64,000 nucleotides of DNA from Hormiphora californensis (GCA_020137815.1 CM035359.1:6324001-6388000), one strand, 5' to 3'. Numbered from the stretch's first letter, positions 1 through 21,491 are shown. Notes: generated by a model not told the origin, from the letters alone. Made by a program: numbers and translations.

Positions 1-328
1 AACAACGTGTAGTGAGGGAGAGGGGAGATTTTAGTATGATAAAAAGGCGATCTGGTTGGGTGTAATGTCTGGCGGCACTGACCCGATCTGAGCGCACTCT
101 TTACAATCAGAACGGTGTCACAGTACTGTCACAGTATCACTGCTACCCCCGTCCCCCATGATACTTGTTGAGTAAGGGGGTGGTCGAGCCCCATACTGAT
201 CAATAACTTGGTGACATTGATCAATAACTTGGTGACATAGACACCGTGCGCGACCAAGATTGAGCGGGGGTCGCGCCAGGTGTCTATATGTCACCAAACC
301 AATAACATGATATATACTGCACACATAC

Positions 329-3300
329 CTCTACTGCCTTCCACCCAGTTGTCAGGTTGAAACTTCCTGTCCCAGGTAGGGTTCCATCCAAGGGTTGTGT
401 TATCGTGGTTAATCCATTCGTTAGTTCCATATCCTGTTGAGTTCATTACCTCCTCTACACCAATCCACACCTGGGGAGGGGCAAGTTAGTTAGGTGGGGG
501 TTAGTTATTAGGTGGGGAGAGCGAGGGAGTAACTGGAGTGAGGGGAAGTTAGATGGGGAGGGGCAAGTTAGTTAGGTGGGGAGAGCGAGGGAGTAACTGG
601 AGTTAGATGGGAGTTAGATGGGGAGTTAGGCAGGGAGAGCGAGGGAGTAACTGGAGTTAGATGGGAGTTAGATGGGGAGTTAGGCAGGGAGAGCGAGGGA
701 GTAACTGGAGTTAGATGGGAGTTAGATGGGGAGTTAGGCAGGGAGAGCGAGGGAGTAACTGGAGTTAGATGGGGGTTAGATGGGGAGTTAGGCAGGGAGT
801 GGGTCATTGCAGTGGTAGAGAATCACACAAATATAGAGGCAACCAAACCATAAAAGATGTGCCGAACTTCATGTTTTGGGCCACTCCATTACAATCACGT
901 GGCTGATTTCTACTGCTTACCCAGTTAGAATTGTTGAATCTTGGTGTATCGATATCCACTCCCAGGGTCATATTAATTGCACCTCTCAGTTCGGCATTAT
1001 CTTCTGCACTATTTATCTGGGTGGATAGTGTTGGGTGATTGGAGCCCTCAAACAAAACTAGATAGTCCGGTAATATGACGTCATCATAATTGTCATCATA
1101 TTACCAGATGGGGGGCTGAAGGTTATAGCGATCAGGATATTTTAGCTGGATTAGTTTATTAGCCCACAACCGGTAACATACTACCAAACAAATATAGATT
1201 TACACCTACCATGGCCATAGTTAGTCCGTATTCCTCACACAACTCCTTCGCCTTCCACCACTTGACATGTTCCTGAACCACTATGTACTTGCCTAGAATT
1301 AGAGAAGGAGTAGGGTAGGGAAACTACTATTTTTTGAGCAGCCAGTTTACCAAGCAGGGGAGGGGCGGGGGAGGGGCTACACACAAACAAACTAGAAACC
1401 TACCACAGTAGTTGCAGACATAAGGAGCCTCCATGTTGTAATATGTATCATCCCACACTCCCTTCCTGCTGATCATGGCGTAGTTCTGGTAAATCCGGGT
1501 ACTGAAACAACGATCAGGGGTTAGATTATGGGATCAGACTAATTCGGAGATCCGACTAAATGGAGACCGAATGGGATTTTATAGACGTGACTTGTCATGA
1601 GCATTAAGGCCAGAGGGGGGGTCCGAGGGTATAAAAAGTCACTTTCGGCCTCTGGTCCGGCTGGAAGAGCCGGACCAGATGGTATGCTCAGAATGGATTT
1701 TACGTGCACTGTTTTGGAGAAAAGTGAGGTTAACTTTTGTCCAAAATCTAATGTTAACCTCATTTATCCATGAACCACAATAGCTACAAAGCTAAATTTA
1801 ATACTGAATGAAAGATCTAGTTACAAGGTCAGCTCAAACGAAGTTTCAGACCTCTACTCCTAATGGTTGGAAAGAAATCGGAGGTTAACTTGATCCTCAA
1901 AAACTATGTTTTTCTTGAATATCTCGGGTGAAATTTGGGCCAGTCATGCCCCTTTCATTTGACAACCACTCATCCGTTAACCTCAGAACTTGGCAGGGAT
2001 GTTCCTCGGATGGTCCTCTACAAAAGTGATGTAGCGATTTTTGATATCTGCCCCCGTTCAAAAATTATGAGGTTAACAATAGAGCCCGGTCGGCTAAAAA
2101 TGCACTGTTAACCTCATAATTTTTGAACGGGGGCAGATATCAAAAATCGCTACATCACTTTTGTAGAGGACCATCCGAGGAACATCCCTGCCAAGTTCTG
2201 AGGTTAACGGATGAGTGGTTGTCAAATGAAAGGGGCATGACTGGCCCAAATTTCACCCGAGATATTCAAGAAAAACATAGTTTTTGAGGATCAAGTTAAC
2301 CTCCGATTTCTTTCCAACCATTAGGAGTAGAGGTCTGAAACTTCGTTTGAGCTGACCTTGTAACTAGATCTTTCATTCAGTATTAAATTTAGCTTTGTAG
2401 CTATTGTGGTTCATGGATAAATGAGGTTAACATTAGATTTTGGACAAAAGTTAACCTCATTTTTCTCTGAAACTGTGCGCACAAAATCCATTCTGAGCAT
2501 ACCATCTGGTCCGGCTCTTCGAGCCGGACCAGAGGCCGAAAGTGACTTTTTAAACCCTCGGACCCCCCCCCCCTCTGGCCTTAACTAAGTGCCCAAAGAT
2601 GGTCCCTAACGATGGTTCTTGTGACCATGTGAACCTTACTTTTTTCCATCAATTTTCATTTTCTTGGTAGCTTGATCGGGCATGTTCCTCATCCATCTCT
2701 GCCAAATTGGACTGGAGCCATTTCCCCAACTCCAATTGGAGGGGTCCCAGTTCTTTCCCTGGAGAAAATGGGTCAGCCGAGGTAAATTTAGCGATTTAAA
2801 CTGTTCACCGGCTGAGAAAGGATCGATAACAGATAACATCTGCAGTAGGAAGTATAACTATACTGCTCTATATCTGAGATATAGAGCCCAATGTTCTCAA
2901 TAGTAACAACGGCTGATACAAACTGATTCACGTGTTGAAATATCAATTATCTCTTATCTAACTCATAATAGATAGAGCAATATAGTTATGGTTATAATTC
3001 CTACTGCAATTATCCTTACCGTTTCATCCCTGTCCAACTTCCTATCGTTATCCTTTATTTTTCGCAGGTTTATCCATGCCCAGTTCCTCCTGTCGTATTT
3101 TGTACCCTGAGGGGGATGGAAGGAATTGAGTAACCTCTCAACAGGATTGCTTGAATAATATTGAGGATTGAGAGGATCTTGAATTGGACTTGGAGCTAAT
3201 TCGATGCTCTTGAGCTCTTCTATAGAAGATATAATTGGACTCATCATTATCAACGTATCTCTAGAAATGAATACTACAGTCGGACCCCGATTTAGTAGCC

Positions 3301-4187
3301 CCCGATTTAGTGGCAGGAGTTTTCCCCCGAGGATGCCACTAAATCGGGGTCCGACTGTAATTGGAAGGAATATATGTACCAGGTAATCCATTCCCCATGC
3401 AATGTGCATGAGAGAAGCTATATCCACGTTCTCTTGATAGTCGTAGATGTCAGCAAGGGTCACATTTCCTGAAATCAGGTTGTCATGGTAACAACGCCTG
3501 CTGTAGGGTTAAATGTAGTGATAACACCATGGTAACCATGGTAACCTACCTACGGTGGTGAGTTCCCAGTTGCCTCCCATGGGGTTACTATGTGATAACA
3601 CCATGGTAACCATGGTAACCTACCTACGGTGGTGAGTTCCCAGTTGCCTCCCATGGCGGCACAAGCTGCCTCCGCCTCGTAGAACGTCTTGTACGTTTTG
3701 AATAACATGTACCTGCACGCTGGAGGAGGAGGGGGACTTGATTGGGGGGATGGGCTGTCTATCGGCGCCAGACCCCGATTAGACAGTGCACTCAGATGGG
3801 GTCTGTCGCGCCAGACGGCAGACAGAGAGGTGAGATGGAGGGTGGCTTAACCTGAGGGCAAGACTAAAGGGAAACAGTCATTTGAAAAGTTGGTCAGACA
3901 CTTACTTGCAACAACATCCTGGTTCTTCAGCAACTGGGACATCTTCCGGGCATGGATGTAGGCGGGGTTGTTGAGGATTGTCATGTTGTTAATTCCCACA
4001 CCTATCTCGTACCCCTGAACAAAGTGAAAAACTTAAATTTAGCAACTGTAAGATAGAGAGGCCGGGGAGGAGAGGGAGTTGTCATTGCCATGCTGAGACT
4101 GGGAACATTTCAAGGTTGTCAGGTGGAAGGCGGTCGTACCTGTATGATAGCAGGGAAAGTCACCACCAGGAAAAGAAGCGGTATCAT
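329..4187 (-). CDS. Secreted double C-type lectin domain protein, paralog 1 (multi-exon; last exon apparently beyond the left edge)
   Basis: Spliced by hand at GT-AG sites. Signal peptide MIPLLFLVVTFPAIIQ (4187-4140). CTLD1: CRYMLFKTYKTFYEAEAAC...NWAWINL...WSWGNGS...WMRNMPD...GVWDDTYYNMEAPYVC. CTLD2: KYIVVQEHVKWWKAKELC...VWIGVEE...KFQPDNW. The terminal exon seen in paralogs 2 and 3 is not in the window. Confidence 0.85.
480..800. repeat. Intronic minisatellite, 54-bp unit
   Basis: cagggagagcgagggagtaactggagttagatggg... recurs at 631, 685 and 739. It explains the spurious repetitive ORF 568..807. Confidence 0.9.
1608..2580. mobile_element. Non-autonomous palindromic (foldback) DNA transposon with TTAA target site, Kolobok-like
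   Basis: TTAA at 1604-1607 and 2581-2584. Termini GGCCAGAGGG...CCCTCTGGCC. Near-perfect inverted arms of ~470 bp around a short spacer near 2080-2105. TTAA with RR..YY ends fits Kolobok rather than piggyBac (CC..GG). Confidence 0.85.
3277..3357. mobile_element. Short pogo/Tigger-like MITE
   Basis: TA-CAGTCGGACCCCGATTTAG...CTAAATCGGGGTCCGACTG-TA. Related copies at ~11997, 12084, 12342, 50840, 51157, 59170 and 61927. Confidence 0.8.
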
Positions 4188-4353
4188 TTTGATCGCCCAG
4201 CTTAGTATTCTTCTAATTTCCAATTGTGAAGCGACCGGTGTTCGTGAAGGATTGAATGTGGATCAGGCACTCTGCAAGAGGTATGTCAGGGGGGTGAAAA
4301 AATATAAAGGATAACTCCAGGTGGAGAATAGAAGAAGTGATCCCAAACAAGCC

Positions 4354-4458
<105 letters not shown>

Positions 4459-5220
4459 CTCTCCCTCTTTTGCTTGGCTAGTTTGATGTGGTCCGCAATG
4501 GAGACTCTTGGGGCTGATATATGTGAGAGAAGCTGCGATAGAGTGGAAGAGAGAAAGTAAGGTTCGATGGGAGAGAAAAAGGGTACAGAGCTGAATTTAG
4601 TTAGGCCAGATATGAGTTGGATTCTATGAGGCCTGTAGCTTTAACAACTAGCATATCTTAACAAGCTTGCCATATCTTTTCTAGGAAAGAGAGGTGGTGC
4701 GAAGACCTTCCTGATGATTATTCTTTGATAAAGATCTAACCTCATGGAATGAATGAGGGTGGAAGAAAGGGAAAAAGGAGAACAGCACTGAAGAACGCCA
4801 AGCTTTTCTGAAGTGATTGCTAGACCACCCCAAAGCCTGTGTTAATTGGTTATGTTTTAGACAAGAGAGAGGTTGTTGCTGGGGGAAAAGGGTTAGGTAA
4901 AAATTAAAATATGTTGAGCTGTCTGGCGCCCGACCCTATCTGATCGCACTGTTGTTGAGAATCAAATTTTGGTATGGCGCCGCCATACAGAGCTGAGGTT
5001 GAGTAAGTAACGAAGTACCAAAAACACGGATTTTATAATGCTGTAACTAATAAATGATGACATTTAATCCACTTTCAAAAAGTGCACCAATAAACACACA
5101 CCCGGTGCCAGCTCCGGTTCTAAAATTGTCTGTCATAACATCCTTCCAGTCCATCAGAAATCGTTACCATGATTACCATAGTTACCATGGTTACCATGGT
5201 TATGAAGACCATCGTCTCCA

Positions 5221-5330
5221 CTATGATGCTTCACAATCCTTCTTACACATGCAGGCAAAGGGCCTTTTCTTGTATTCAAAGGAGTCATCCCACAGTCCAG
5301 TCATACGGGATATCGCCACAACACGTTGTT

Positions 5331-5408
<78 letters not shown>

Positions 5409-5526
5409 AGAGAGAGTATAGAGAGATAGAAGATAGCGAGAGAGAGAGAGAGAGCGAGAGAGAGAGAGGATAGAGCTCTTCTCTCCTCGCTCTTCTATCT
5501 CTCCTCCTCTCTCTCTCTCTCTATCT

Positions 5527-5557
<31 letters not shown>

Positions 5558-8500
5558 CCGCTCCTCTCTCTCTCCCTCTCTTCCGCTCTGCTCCTCTCTC
5601 TCTCTCTCTCTCTCTCGTCTCCTGCTCTCTTCGCTCTCTCTCTCTCCTCTCTCTCTGTCTCTTTCTCCTCTGCTCTCTTCTCCTCTCGCTCTACGCATTC
5701 GCTCTATAATCAATCTCTCCACTACAAGCGAAACTCAACAATTCAAACGGGGAGAATGATTCCTGTGTTACACAATGAAAGCAATCGACATGGCATTACT
5801 TACCTACACCTTTACGAGTGTAGTGGTCGGGTTGGTGCTTGTAGGCCCAGTTAGGGTCCCACCCGAGATCACTATCATCATGTTGTTGATACGTGTTTGT
5901 TCCTACCCCAGTCGTGCTATTCATCACCTCCTCCACTCCAATCCAAACCTGGGGAGACATTGAATCTGTATCTATATTTCCATTGAATAATACAACAGTG
6001 AACCCGACTTGTGATCACCCGAATTACTGGCTCCCGTTGGCTGAAGTTTATCCAGTCACGTGACCTAAATAAATATGAGCTCTGATTGGTTGTTTACTTG
6101 GTCCGGTCGGTTCCTGGAATCAAATAGTGGATATATATTTCCGATGATCTACAACTCTGAATTATGCAACTCTAGTGAAGAATCTATGAGCCAGAGTTGT
6201 AGGCTAGCATTAAACTCTGGCCCTACCCAATTAGTTAATTAGTTACCCAATTAGAGTTGTTGAATCTTGGATTACTGTAATCAGTTCCCAGTGTCATGTT
6301 AATTGCCCCCATTAGCTCGTTATTCTCATCCTCACTTCTCACCTAGTAAAGGTAGGGGAAGTTAGCACCCTAATTTTGCCAGGCCAATGCTATGACAGGC
6401 ACCCTTAGTGTGGAAGGGGGTTGGGGAAGGGATTTCGTATCGACAGGTCGGCAAAACGATCAGGATACAAAAGGGATGTGAAGGGGAATCTGGGGAGGGG
6501 GAAGTAAAGATTTATAGGTCCGTATAAGGGTGGAACAAGCTGCAACATTCTTACCATGGCGAAGGTGAGGCCATATTCAGAGCACAAATCCTGAGCAGTT
6601 CCCCAGTCAACGTGTTCGGCAAAGATCATGTACTTACCTTAAACATAAATTAATTGATTAATACTATGTAATAACAATAGAGTTACGAATTATAATTGAA
6701 TTACTAATTGCAGCAGAATTACTAATTACTAATCTTATTAGTGATGTCATGTTAGTATTAAAGGGAGATAGATAACTATTCACAAAGAAACAAACTAAGA
6801 AACAAACAAAGGAACAAACAAAGAAACAAACAAAGAAACAAACAAAGGAACAAACAAAGAAACAAACAAAGGAACAAACAAAGAAACAAACAAAGAAACA
6901 AACAAAGAAACAAACAAATAAAAAGAGGAACAAACATACAAACTAACAAACAAACAAATTCACTTACCACAATAGTTACAGACATATGGTGTCTGCTTAC
7001 TAGCATAACTATCATCCCATGTTCCTATCTTGCTTAGATCGCACCATTCTTTTCGGAATCGCGTGAGGGGGGGATGGCCACCGTTTGCGTTTAGCTCTTA
7101 CTGCATGAGAAGAGAGAGAGTAAAGTATGAGATAGAGAGTAGAAGAGAAAGAGACTGAGTTGAGAGGAGAAGAGACTCACGTTGCTATATCAGGCATGTT
7201 CATCATCCACTGGTTCCAATCAGGATTAGACCCATCACTCCACACATAGTCCGATACATTATAATTTTTCCCCTGATAGAGGCAATTTAAATTATGATGG
7301 GAAACTGTATCAGTCCCGGGAATTTTGTTGGTTGAGATATTTTGATAATGAACTTACCGTCAATGAAGTAAGTGTACCATTGATGTCTACATAATTTTCT
7401 TCCTCAGAATATATAATGTCGTTCACTTTTTGAAGATTTATCCAAGCCCAGTTTTCAACGTCAAATTTATTGCCCTGTAGAGATAATACATATTAGAATT
7501 TAAATAACTGCAAAGAATGAAGATAAACGTTTAATATTTATAAAAGAAATATAAATAATATAAACTACAGATGTAACAAACCCCGATGAACCAAAATAAG
7601 AACAAAACTCAAAACCCCCCACATAATAATAAAGAATACCCCCCCCCCAAATTGGAAGACAAGAAAACCCCGCAACATAATGTACTAAAGAATCCCCAAC
7701 ATATGACTAAAGAATACCCCCCCCCCCCCCCAACATAATACAAAGAATACTCGCCCCTCTTCCTCCCCATCATGAACTAAGTAAACTCCACCCCAACTAA
7801 TATCAATACCCCCCAACAAATGATCCTAAATCGCATCAAACTCCCCCCCCACCAACATAATGACTAAAGAATAATCCCCCCACATCAAGATACGATAACC
7901 TTCAACATAGTATACTGCCAATTGAATACCACTACAGGCAAAGAAATACACCCCCAACATAATGTACTAATGAAAGAATTGTACCCAATTTTCACTGATG
8001 ATTTTCTGGAACGCACTGCACCTCCATGACATTGATCTCTGAAATTCGGACCTTGCTATTGTCAGGAAGCCCAGAGCGTACAACAACATGAGCAGGGAGA
8101 AAGTGAGAGATAGGCTAGAAACGCATGGTACAGGTGATGTCAGCGTTCCCTAATCCAGCTACCATTTCCCCGAAATTCGCCCGTAGGGCGAACGGGCCTA
8201 AGTTAGTAATGTACTAAAGAATAAAACCCCCCAACATAATGAACTAAAGAATAAAACCCCCCAACAAAATGAACTAAAGAATAAACCCCCCCCCCTCAAC
8301 AAAATGAACTAAAGAATAAACCCCCCCAACATAATGTACTAAAGAATAAAACCCCCCAACATAATGAACTAAAGAATACCCCCCCCAACAAATGAACTAA
8401 AGAATAAACCCCCCCCCCCAACAAATGAAACTAAAGAATAATTAAAAACCCCCCAACATAATGAACTAAAGAATAAACCCCTCAACATAGTGTATTACTA

Positions 8501-9398
8501 AAGAATTGTAACTAACCACGTAAGGAACTAAAGAATAAACCCCCCCCCCCCCAACATAATGTATTACTAAAGAATTGTAACTAACCACATAAGGAACTCC
8601 CCAGGCCATGTACATCAGCATGACCACTTCTAGGTTGTCTTTGTAACTGTAGATATCTGCCAAACTACTTGTGTTATCTGGGGAAAACGGGGGTAACCAT
8701 AGTAACAGATACATAATGGTAACCATGGTAACAAGTTTCATGGTAACCATTGTATCAAAAACTTACGGACAACCGAGACGGGCCAGAAATCAGGTAAAGC
8801 TTTACAGGAGGCACTTGCATCAGAAAATGTTTTGAAATCCTTGAACAGCACATACCTACAGGCTGGGGGAAAAGGATTATTACATTTACAGGAAACTACT
8901 AATGAACATCGCGCTATCTCACATTTAAAATTAGTACCAAATCCTTGAAATTGTTGCTGAAATTTCGCCATGAAATTATAACTGATCTAACTTGCAACAC
9001 TTACTCGCAACTACGTTTTGTTGCTGCAGCAAGTCCGTCATTTTCAAGACATCAAGGTAGAAAGATTTTTCCTCGGTCGTTCCATTAATAGTTATATTGA
9101 ATGTAAAGTCCCAGTCGGTCACATTATATCCCTCGTTAATATCCTTATATAAGCCCGTTGTTTCATGGTCCGATTTCTTGTCAGTTTCTTCCTTTTTCCA
9201 CTAAAAAAGAATATATAGTTTCAGTCGAGGGGCAACCAGGGTACCTATTTTAGAGTTGGATTCCCCCATGTTTGTCTCTTTTGAGGGATGGGAGACAAGT
9301 TTGTCGAGCGAATATGTAACATATATAGTTTTACTTACGTCAATTGCAGCACTGCAGATTGCGGGTAGAATGGCAAGGATTAGAAGACGTTTCATCAT
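5221..9398 (-). CDS. Secreted double C-type lectin domain protein, paralog 2 (11 exons; exon 7 disrupted as sequenced)
   Basis: Signal peptide MMKRLLILAILPAICSA. CTLD1: CRYVLFKDFKTFSDASASC...NWAWINL...WMMNMPD...WDDSYASKQTPYVC. CTLD2: VWIGVEE...HQPD...GLWDDSFEYKKRPFACMC, stop at 5221-5223. The exon at ~7100-6968 has extra bases and an in-frame TAA compared with paralog 3. Confidence 0.8.
6783..6960. repeat. AAAC-rich microsatellite
   Basis: (aaacaaacaaag)n variants inside an intron. Confidence 0.9.
7550..8590. repeat. Intronic tandem array (~29-35 bp, ataatgaactaaagaataaaccccccaac), degenerate at its left end
   Basis: Clear units at 8210-8580 and a scrambled version at 7550-7980. It is interrupted at ~7990-8205 by unrelated sequence ending in the hairpin ttcgcccgtagggcgaa. 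Confidence 0.85.
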
Positions 9399-10499
9399 CG
9401 CGAGTTGGCTTCAGATACTGCGTATAGAAGCGTCTTGTTGGGTCTGAATAACTGGGATCAGAGATGAGGACACAAAACAGCTGAAGTGGGGGAGTAAGAG
9501 TTGATGGCTGATTTAAATACTATCTAGTATTGAGTGGGTGGGAAAGCGAGAAAAGAAGATAAACAAAGATAGATAAGATAGACAATAGCGGAAAAATTAT
9601 ATAATAATGAGAATGTAATACTTTTGATGAGGGTTGAAACTTTAAACGCATTGCCTCGTCAGATACAAAGAGATTTCACGCCTCCATGCCATGCGTTCTA
9701 TAATTGCTACCCCTCCCCCGGGCCGGAAAAAGAGGTTTGAGCAATCTAGGCCTCATCAAAACCTGGAGGATCAAAGATTGAATTGCTTTGCAGTTCTCTT
9801 TGCAGTTCTCTTCCAATTTCCATTGTCCACTCAACTAAACAAAATTTCCAGGGGTTAGTTAGAAGAATATATCTAACAATGAGACTATGTGGAGCCAACC
9901 CGATCGGAGTGCAATGTCGCATGAGAATCAAAACGGGGTCTGCGGCGGCCCACAAAACAATTTACCGTGTTGCGTGACCCTCTCTTACCACAACATAACT
10001 TACCACTTGGCACTTACCAGCCCAACGGCTTGCCTAGATCATATCAACCCTTTCAGTTTGAAATGTTCCCGGTATGTCGGCTTGATCCCGAAGCGATTCA
10101 TCACACAAATGATAGACTTCGTAGCACACATGGTAAGCAAACTCGATCCGTCAACAAATAGTTTGCGTACCCTAAGGTAGTTCTTGAGCGTCCATATCCT
10201 CTTGAAATCGAAGAAATCCGAGTGTTGGACCAACGAACCAACCACCCTTTTTGTTAGCTGAGTAATTAACGCGACGTAATACCAAAAACACGGAATTTGG
10301 AATGCTGTAACTAATAACTCATGACATTCAATCCTCTTTCAAAAATTGTACCATCACACTGGTACTATGTTCCAATAACCACCACGGCCTTCGGTTCTAA
10401 AAGGGCCTGATCAGGATTGTCTGTCCCTGCACCCTTCCATCGTTACCATGATTACCATAGTTACCATGGTAACCATGGTTATGAAGACCATCGTCTCCA

Positions 10500-18048
<7,549 letters not shown>

Positions 18049-18712
18049 GAGTTGCCTTCAGGTACAGCGTATAGAAGCGTCTTGTTGGGTCTGAATAACT
18101 GGGATCAGAGAAGAGGACACAAAACAGCTGAAGTGGGGGAGTAAGATTTGGGGGCTGATTTAAATACTATCTAGTATTGAGTGGGTGGGAAAGCGAGAAA
18201 AGAAGATAAACAAAGATAGAGAATATAGACAATAGGGGAAAGTTGGATAAAATGAGATTTTAATATTTTTGATGAGGGGATTATAATATTTTTGTTCGCT
18301 TTTTTTTCAACTCAAAGAGATTTTATTCCTCCGGGCTTTGTTATATTATATAATCCTAAACCTCCCCAGAGCTAGGGTGAGAGAGAGAGTCTTAAGTAAT
18401 CTAAGCCTCATGAAATCCTGTAAAAGAGATACTCTTGCTTTGAATTTATTTATTATAATAAGCAGCTCTCTTCTAATTTTCTTTGCTGAGTAGCAAAATT
18501 TCAAGAGGTACTAGGTAGGGGTAGTACCCCTGGGGTACTGGGTAGTTAGAAGAATAAAGATGCATATATCAATGATATGATCCGAGTTTTTTTCCCGACC
18601 GTTTTGGACAAAACTATGATAATATTTTTAACGGTGCTCGAAAGAAAGTTAAATCAAAAATCGGTACAATTCATAACACATTACATAACACACAGAATGC
18701 ATCCCCCTTTAA

Positions 18713-21491
18713 GGGTACACCTGGCGTTTTTCATCATCGAGTGCCCAACCAAATGACTTCACCAGGGTTTAGGTCATACAAAATGGACCTCAAATATGCA
18801 ATTTTAGCCCTAAAGTCGAATTCATATTTTTGCTACAGCCTATTTTCAAAGTGGCGTTTTTTCAATTTTTGTTGAAATTTTTAACCTCAGGACCACTTTT
18901 TTTGAGATAGAAACATTAAATTCTCGGAATGTGAAGAGAATATAAAGGTGAATAAGCCCAAAGAAGGATTTTTAAAATGGAGCTTATTTCTGGCCATGAG
19001 AACGGTTTACTTTTTTGCGTCTTTGACACGCTGGCCACGGTGCCCCTGAAGGACGTTCAACCTCGACCGAGTCCCCCAGCAAAACGAACGGTTGTGTGAC
19101 CTAAAGGGGACCTCTGGGAACTACGCAGGACCGTGGGGGAAAAGATATAAAAGTAGCCTAAAAAATTAAAACGATAGAAAGATAGCTATCGTTTTTTTCA
19201 CTTTGAAAATACGACATTTCTTTTAAAAAAATTCTTGATCAGGAAGATACAAGTGTCTCCCACCTATTTTTTGACGTAGAATCGAATGCCGTTGAAGCCA
19301 AATCTCTAAAATGTTGGAAAAATGGTGAAAATCGCGTTTTTAGGTGTTTTTTGGTGAAAAAAGCGTTCAAACTGGTACTAGATGATGAGATAGAGTCCCA
19401 AAAGTATGACAAATCGCTTTTTTGGGACATATTCGCCCTAGAAGCAGATTTTTATGAAAATCTGGTACAGCGCCTATCCTCTGCATACTTTTAAAGAAGG
19501 TGAATATTGCTCTAATTTAGCCAATTTTGAAGAAAAGTCATCCAAAACAGTACTAGATGATGAGATAGTGGCCCAAAAATATAACTAATCGATTTTTTGG
19601 GTCTTTTTCGTCCTAGAAACGAATTTGAATGGCGGCCGGATGATAAGTTTCCTCTCGGTAGGCCTCTGAAGTAGGTGGAAATAGCCAAAATATAGCGATT
19701 GCGGCAAATGAATGTGAATAAACGTTTACCAAACCCACTTTAGCATCATGTATGACCTATCTCTGGGCTACTGGACTATGCAAGAGCCATACATGATGCT
19801 GAAGTGGGTTTGGTAAACGTTTATTCACATTCATTTGCCGCAATCGCTATATATTTTGGCTATTTCCACCTACTTCAGAGGCCTACCGAGAGGAAACATA
19901 TCATCCGACCGCCATTCAAATTTGTTTCTAGGACGAAAAAGACCCAAAAAATCGATTAGTTATATTTTTGGGCCACTATCTCATCATCTAGTACTGTTTT
20001 GGATGACTTTTCTTCAAAATTGGCTAAATTAGAGCAATATTCACCTTCTTTGAAAGTATTCAGAGAATAGGCGCTGTACCAGATTTTCATAAAAATCTGC
20101 TTCTAGGGCGAATATGTCCCAAAAAAGCGATTTGTCATACTTTTGGGACTCTATCTCATCATCTAGTACCAGTTTGAACACTTTTTTCACCAAAAAACAC
20201 CTAAAAACGCGATTTTCACCATTTTTCCAACATTTTAGAGATTTGACTTCAACGGCATTCGATTTTACGTCAAAAAATAGGTGGGAGACACTTGTATCTT
20301 CCTGATCAAGGATTTTTTTAAAGAAATGTCGTATTTTCAAAGTGAAAAAAACGATAGCTATCTTTCTATCGTTTTAATTTTTTAGGCTACTTTTATATCT
20401 TTTCCCCCACGGTCCTGCGTAGTTCCCAGAGGTCCCCTTTAGGTCACACAACCGTTCGTTTTGCTGGGGGACTCGGTCGAGGTTGAACGTCCTTCAGGGG
20501 CACCGTGTGGCTGAGAATGTTCCCATGCTTCATTAGAGATGAAAATCTGGAAATAGTTGCTCAAAACGATTATCTATGTGGCCCAAAAATTTTGGAACTT
20601 TCCCGTCAAAGATGTGGTGTACAGAGCTTGTTTTGTGAAACCTGTCTTTTTGAAAAAGAGGGAAATTCCCTGTATCTCAAAAACGGATGATCGTAGAGAC
20701 CCGGGACCAAGCTTAATCGATTCAGAAGGTCCGATTTTGGGGGTGTCTTCTGAGAGACATTTTGCTCTTACTCCAACCGTTTTTGCTGTAATTGCGAAAA
20801 AGGTATCAGCAAGTAAGGGGGAAATCAGCCCGAAGCAGGCTACTGGAATAGAGTTGTCCCCCCTTTTCATAAAATTGGTTTTTTGCAATTACAGCAAAAA
20901 CGGTTGGAGTAGGAGCAAAATGTCTCTCAGAAGACCCCCCCAAAATCGGACCTTCTGAATCGATTAAGCTTGGTCCCGGGTCTCTACGATCATCCGTTTT
21001 TGAGATACAGGGAATTTCCCTCTTTTTCAAAAAGACAGGTTTCACAAAACAAGCTCTGTACACCACATCTTTGACGGGAAAGTTCCAAAATTTTTGGGCC
21101 ACATAGATAATCGTTTTGAGCAACTATTTCCAGATTTTCATCTCTAATGAAGCATGGGAACATTCTCAGCCAGCGTGTCAAAGACGCAAAAAAGTAAACC
21201 GTTCTCATGGCCAGAAATAAGCTCCATTTTAAAAATCCTTCTTTGGGCTTATTCACCTTTATATTCTCTTCACATTCCGAGAATTTAATGTTTCTATCTC
21301 AAAAAAAGTGGTCCTGAGGTTAAAAATTTCAACAAAAATTGAAAAAACGCCACTTTGAAAATAGGCTGTAGCAAAAATATGAATTCGACTTTAGGGCTAA
21401 AATTGCATATTTGAGGTCCATTTTGTATGACCTAAACCCTGGTGAAGTCATTTGGTTGGGCACTCGATGATGAAAAACGCCAGGTGTACCC
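18713..21491. mobile_element. TTAA-flanked palindromic element (Kolobok-like), ~1.3 kb without its nested insert
   Basis: TTAA|GGGTACACCTGGCG...CGCCAGGTGTACCC|TTAA. Arms of ~610 bp; the left arm is split by the insertion at 19036-20507. Mirror-image ORFs on both strands confirm the palindrome. Confidence 0.9.
19036..20507. mobile_element. Palindromic non-autonomous element with CAC..GTG ends and 4-bp TSD (Chapaev/CMC-like)
   Basis: tggc|CACGGTGCCCCTGAAGG...CCTTCAGGGGCACCGTG|tggc. Arms of ~720 bp centred near 19770. The host's right arm shows the empty site with a single TGGC. Confidence 0.85.

Noticed and set aside
9880-10260. Coding-looking fragment between lectin paralogs 2 and 3 (similar fragments at ~4630-4860 and 11330-11650)
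   Set aside because: These may be decayed TE or RT remnants, but no motif could be identified without a database search.
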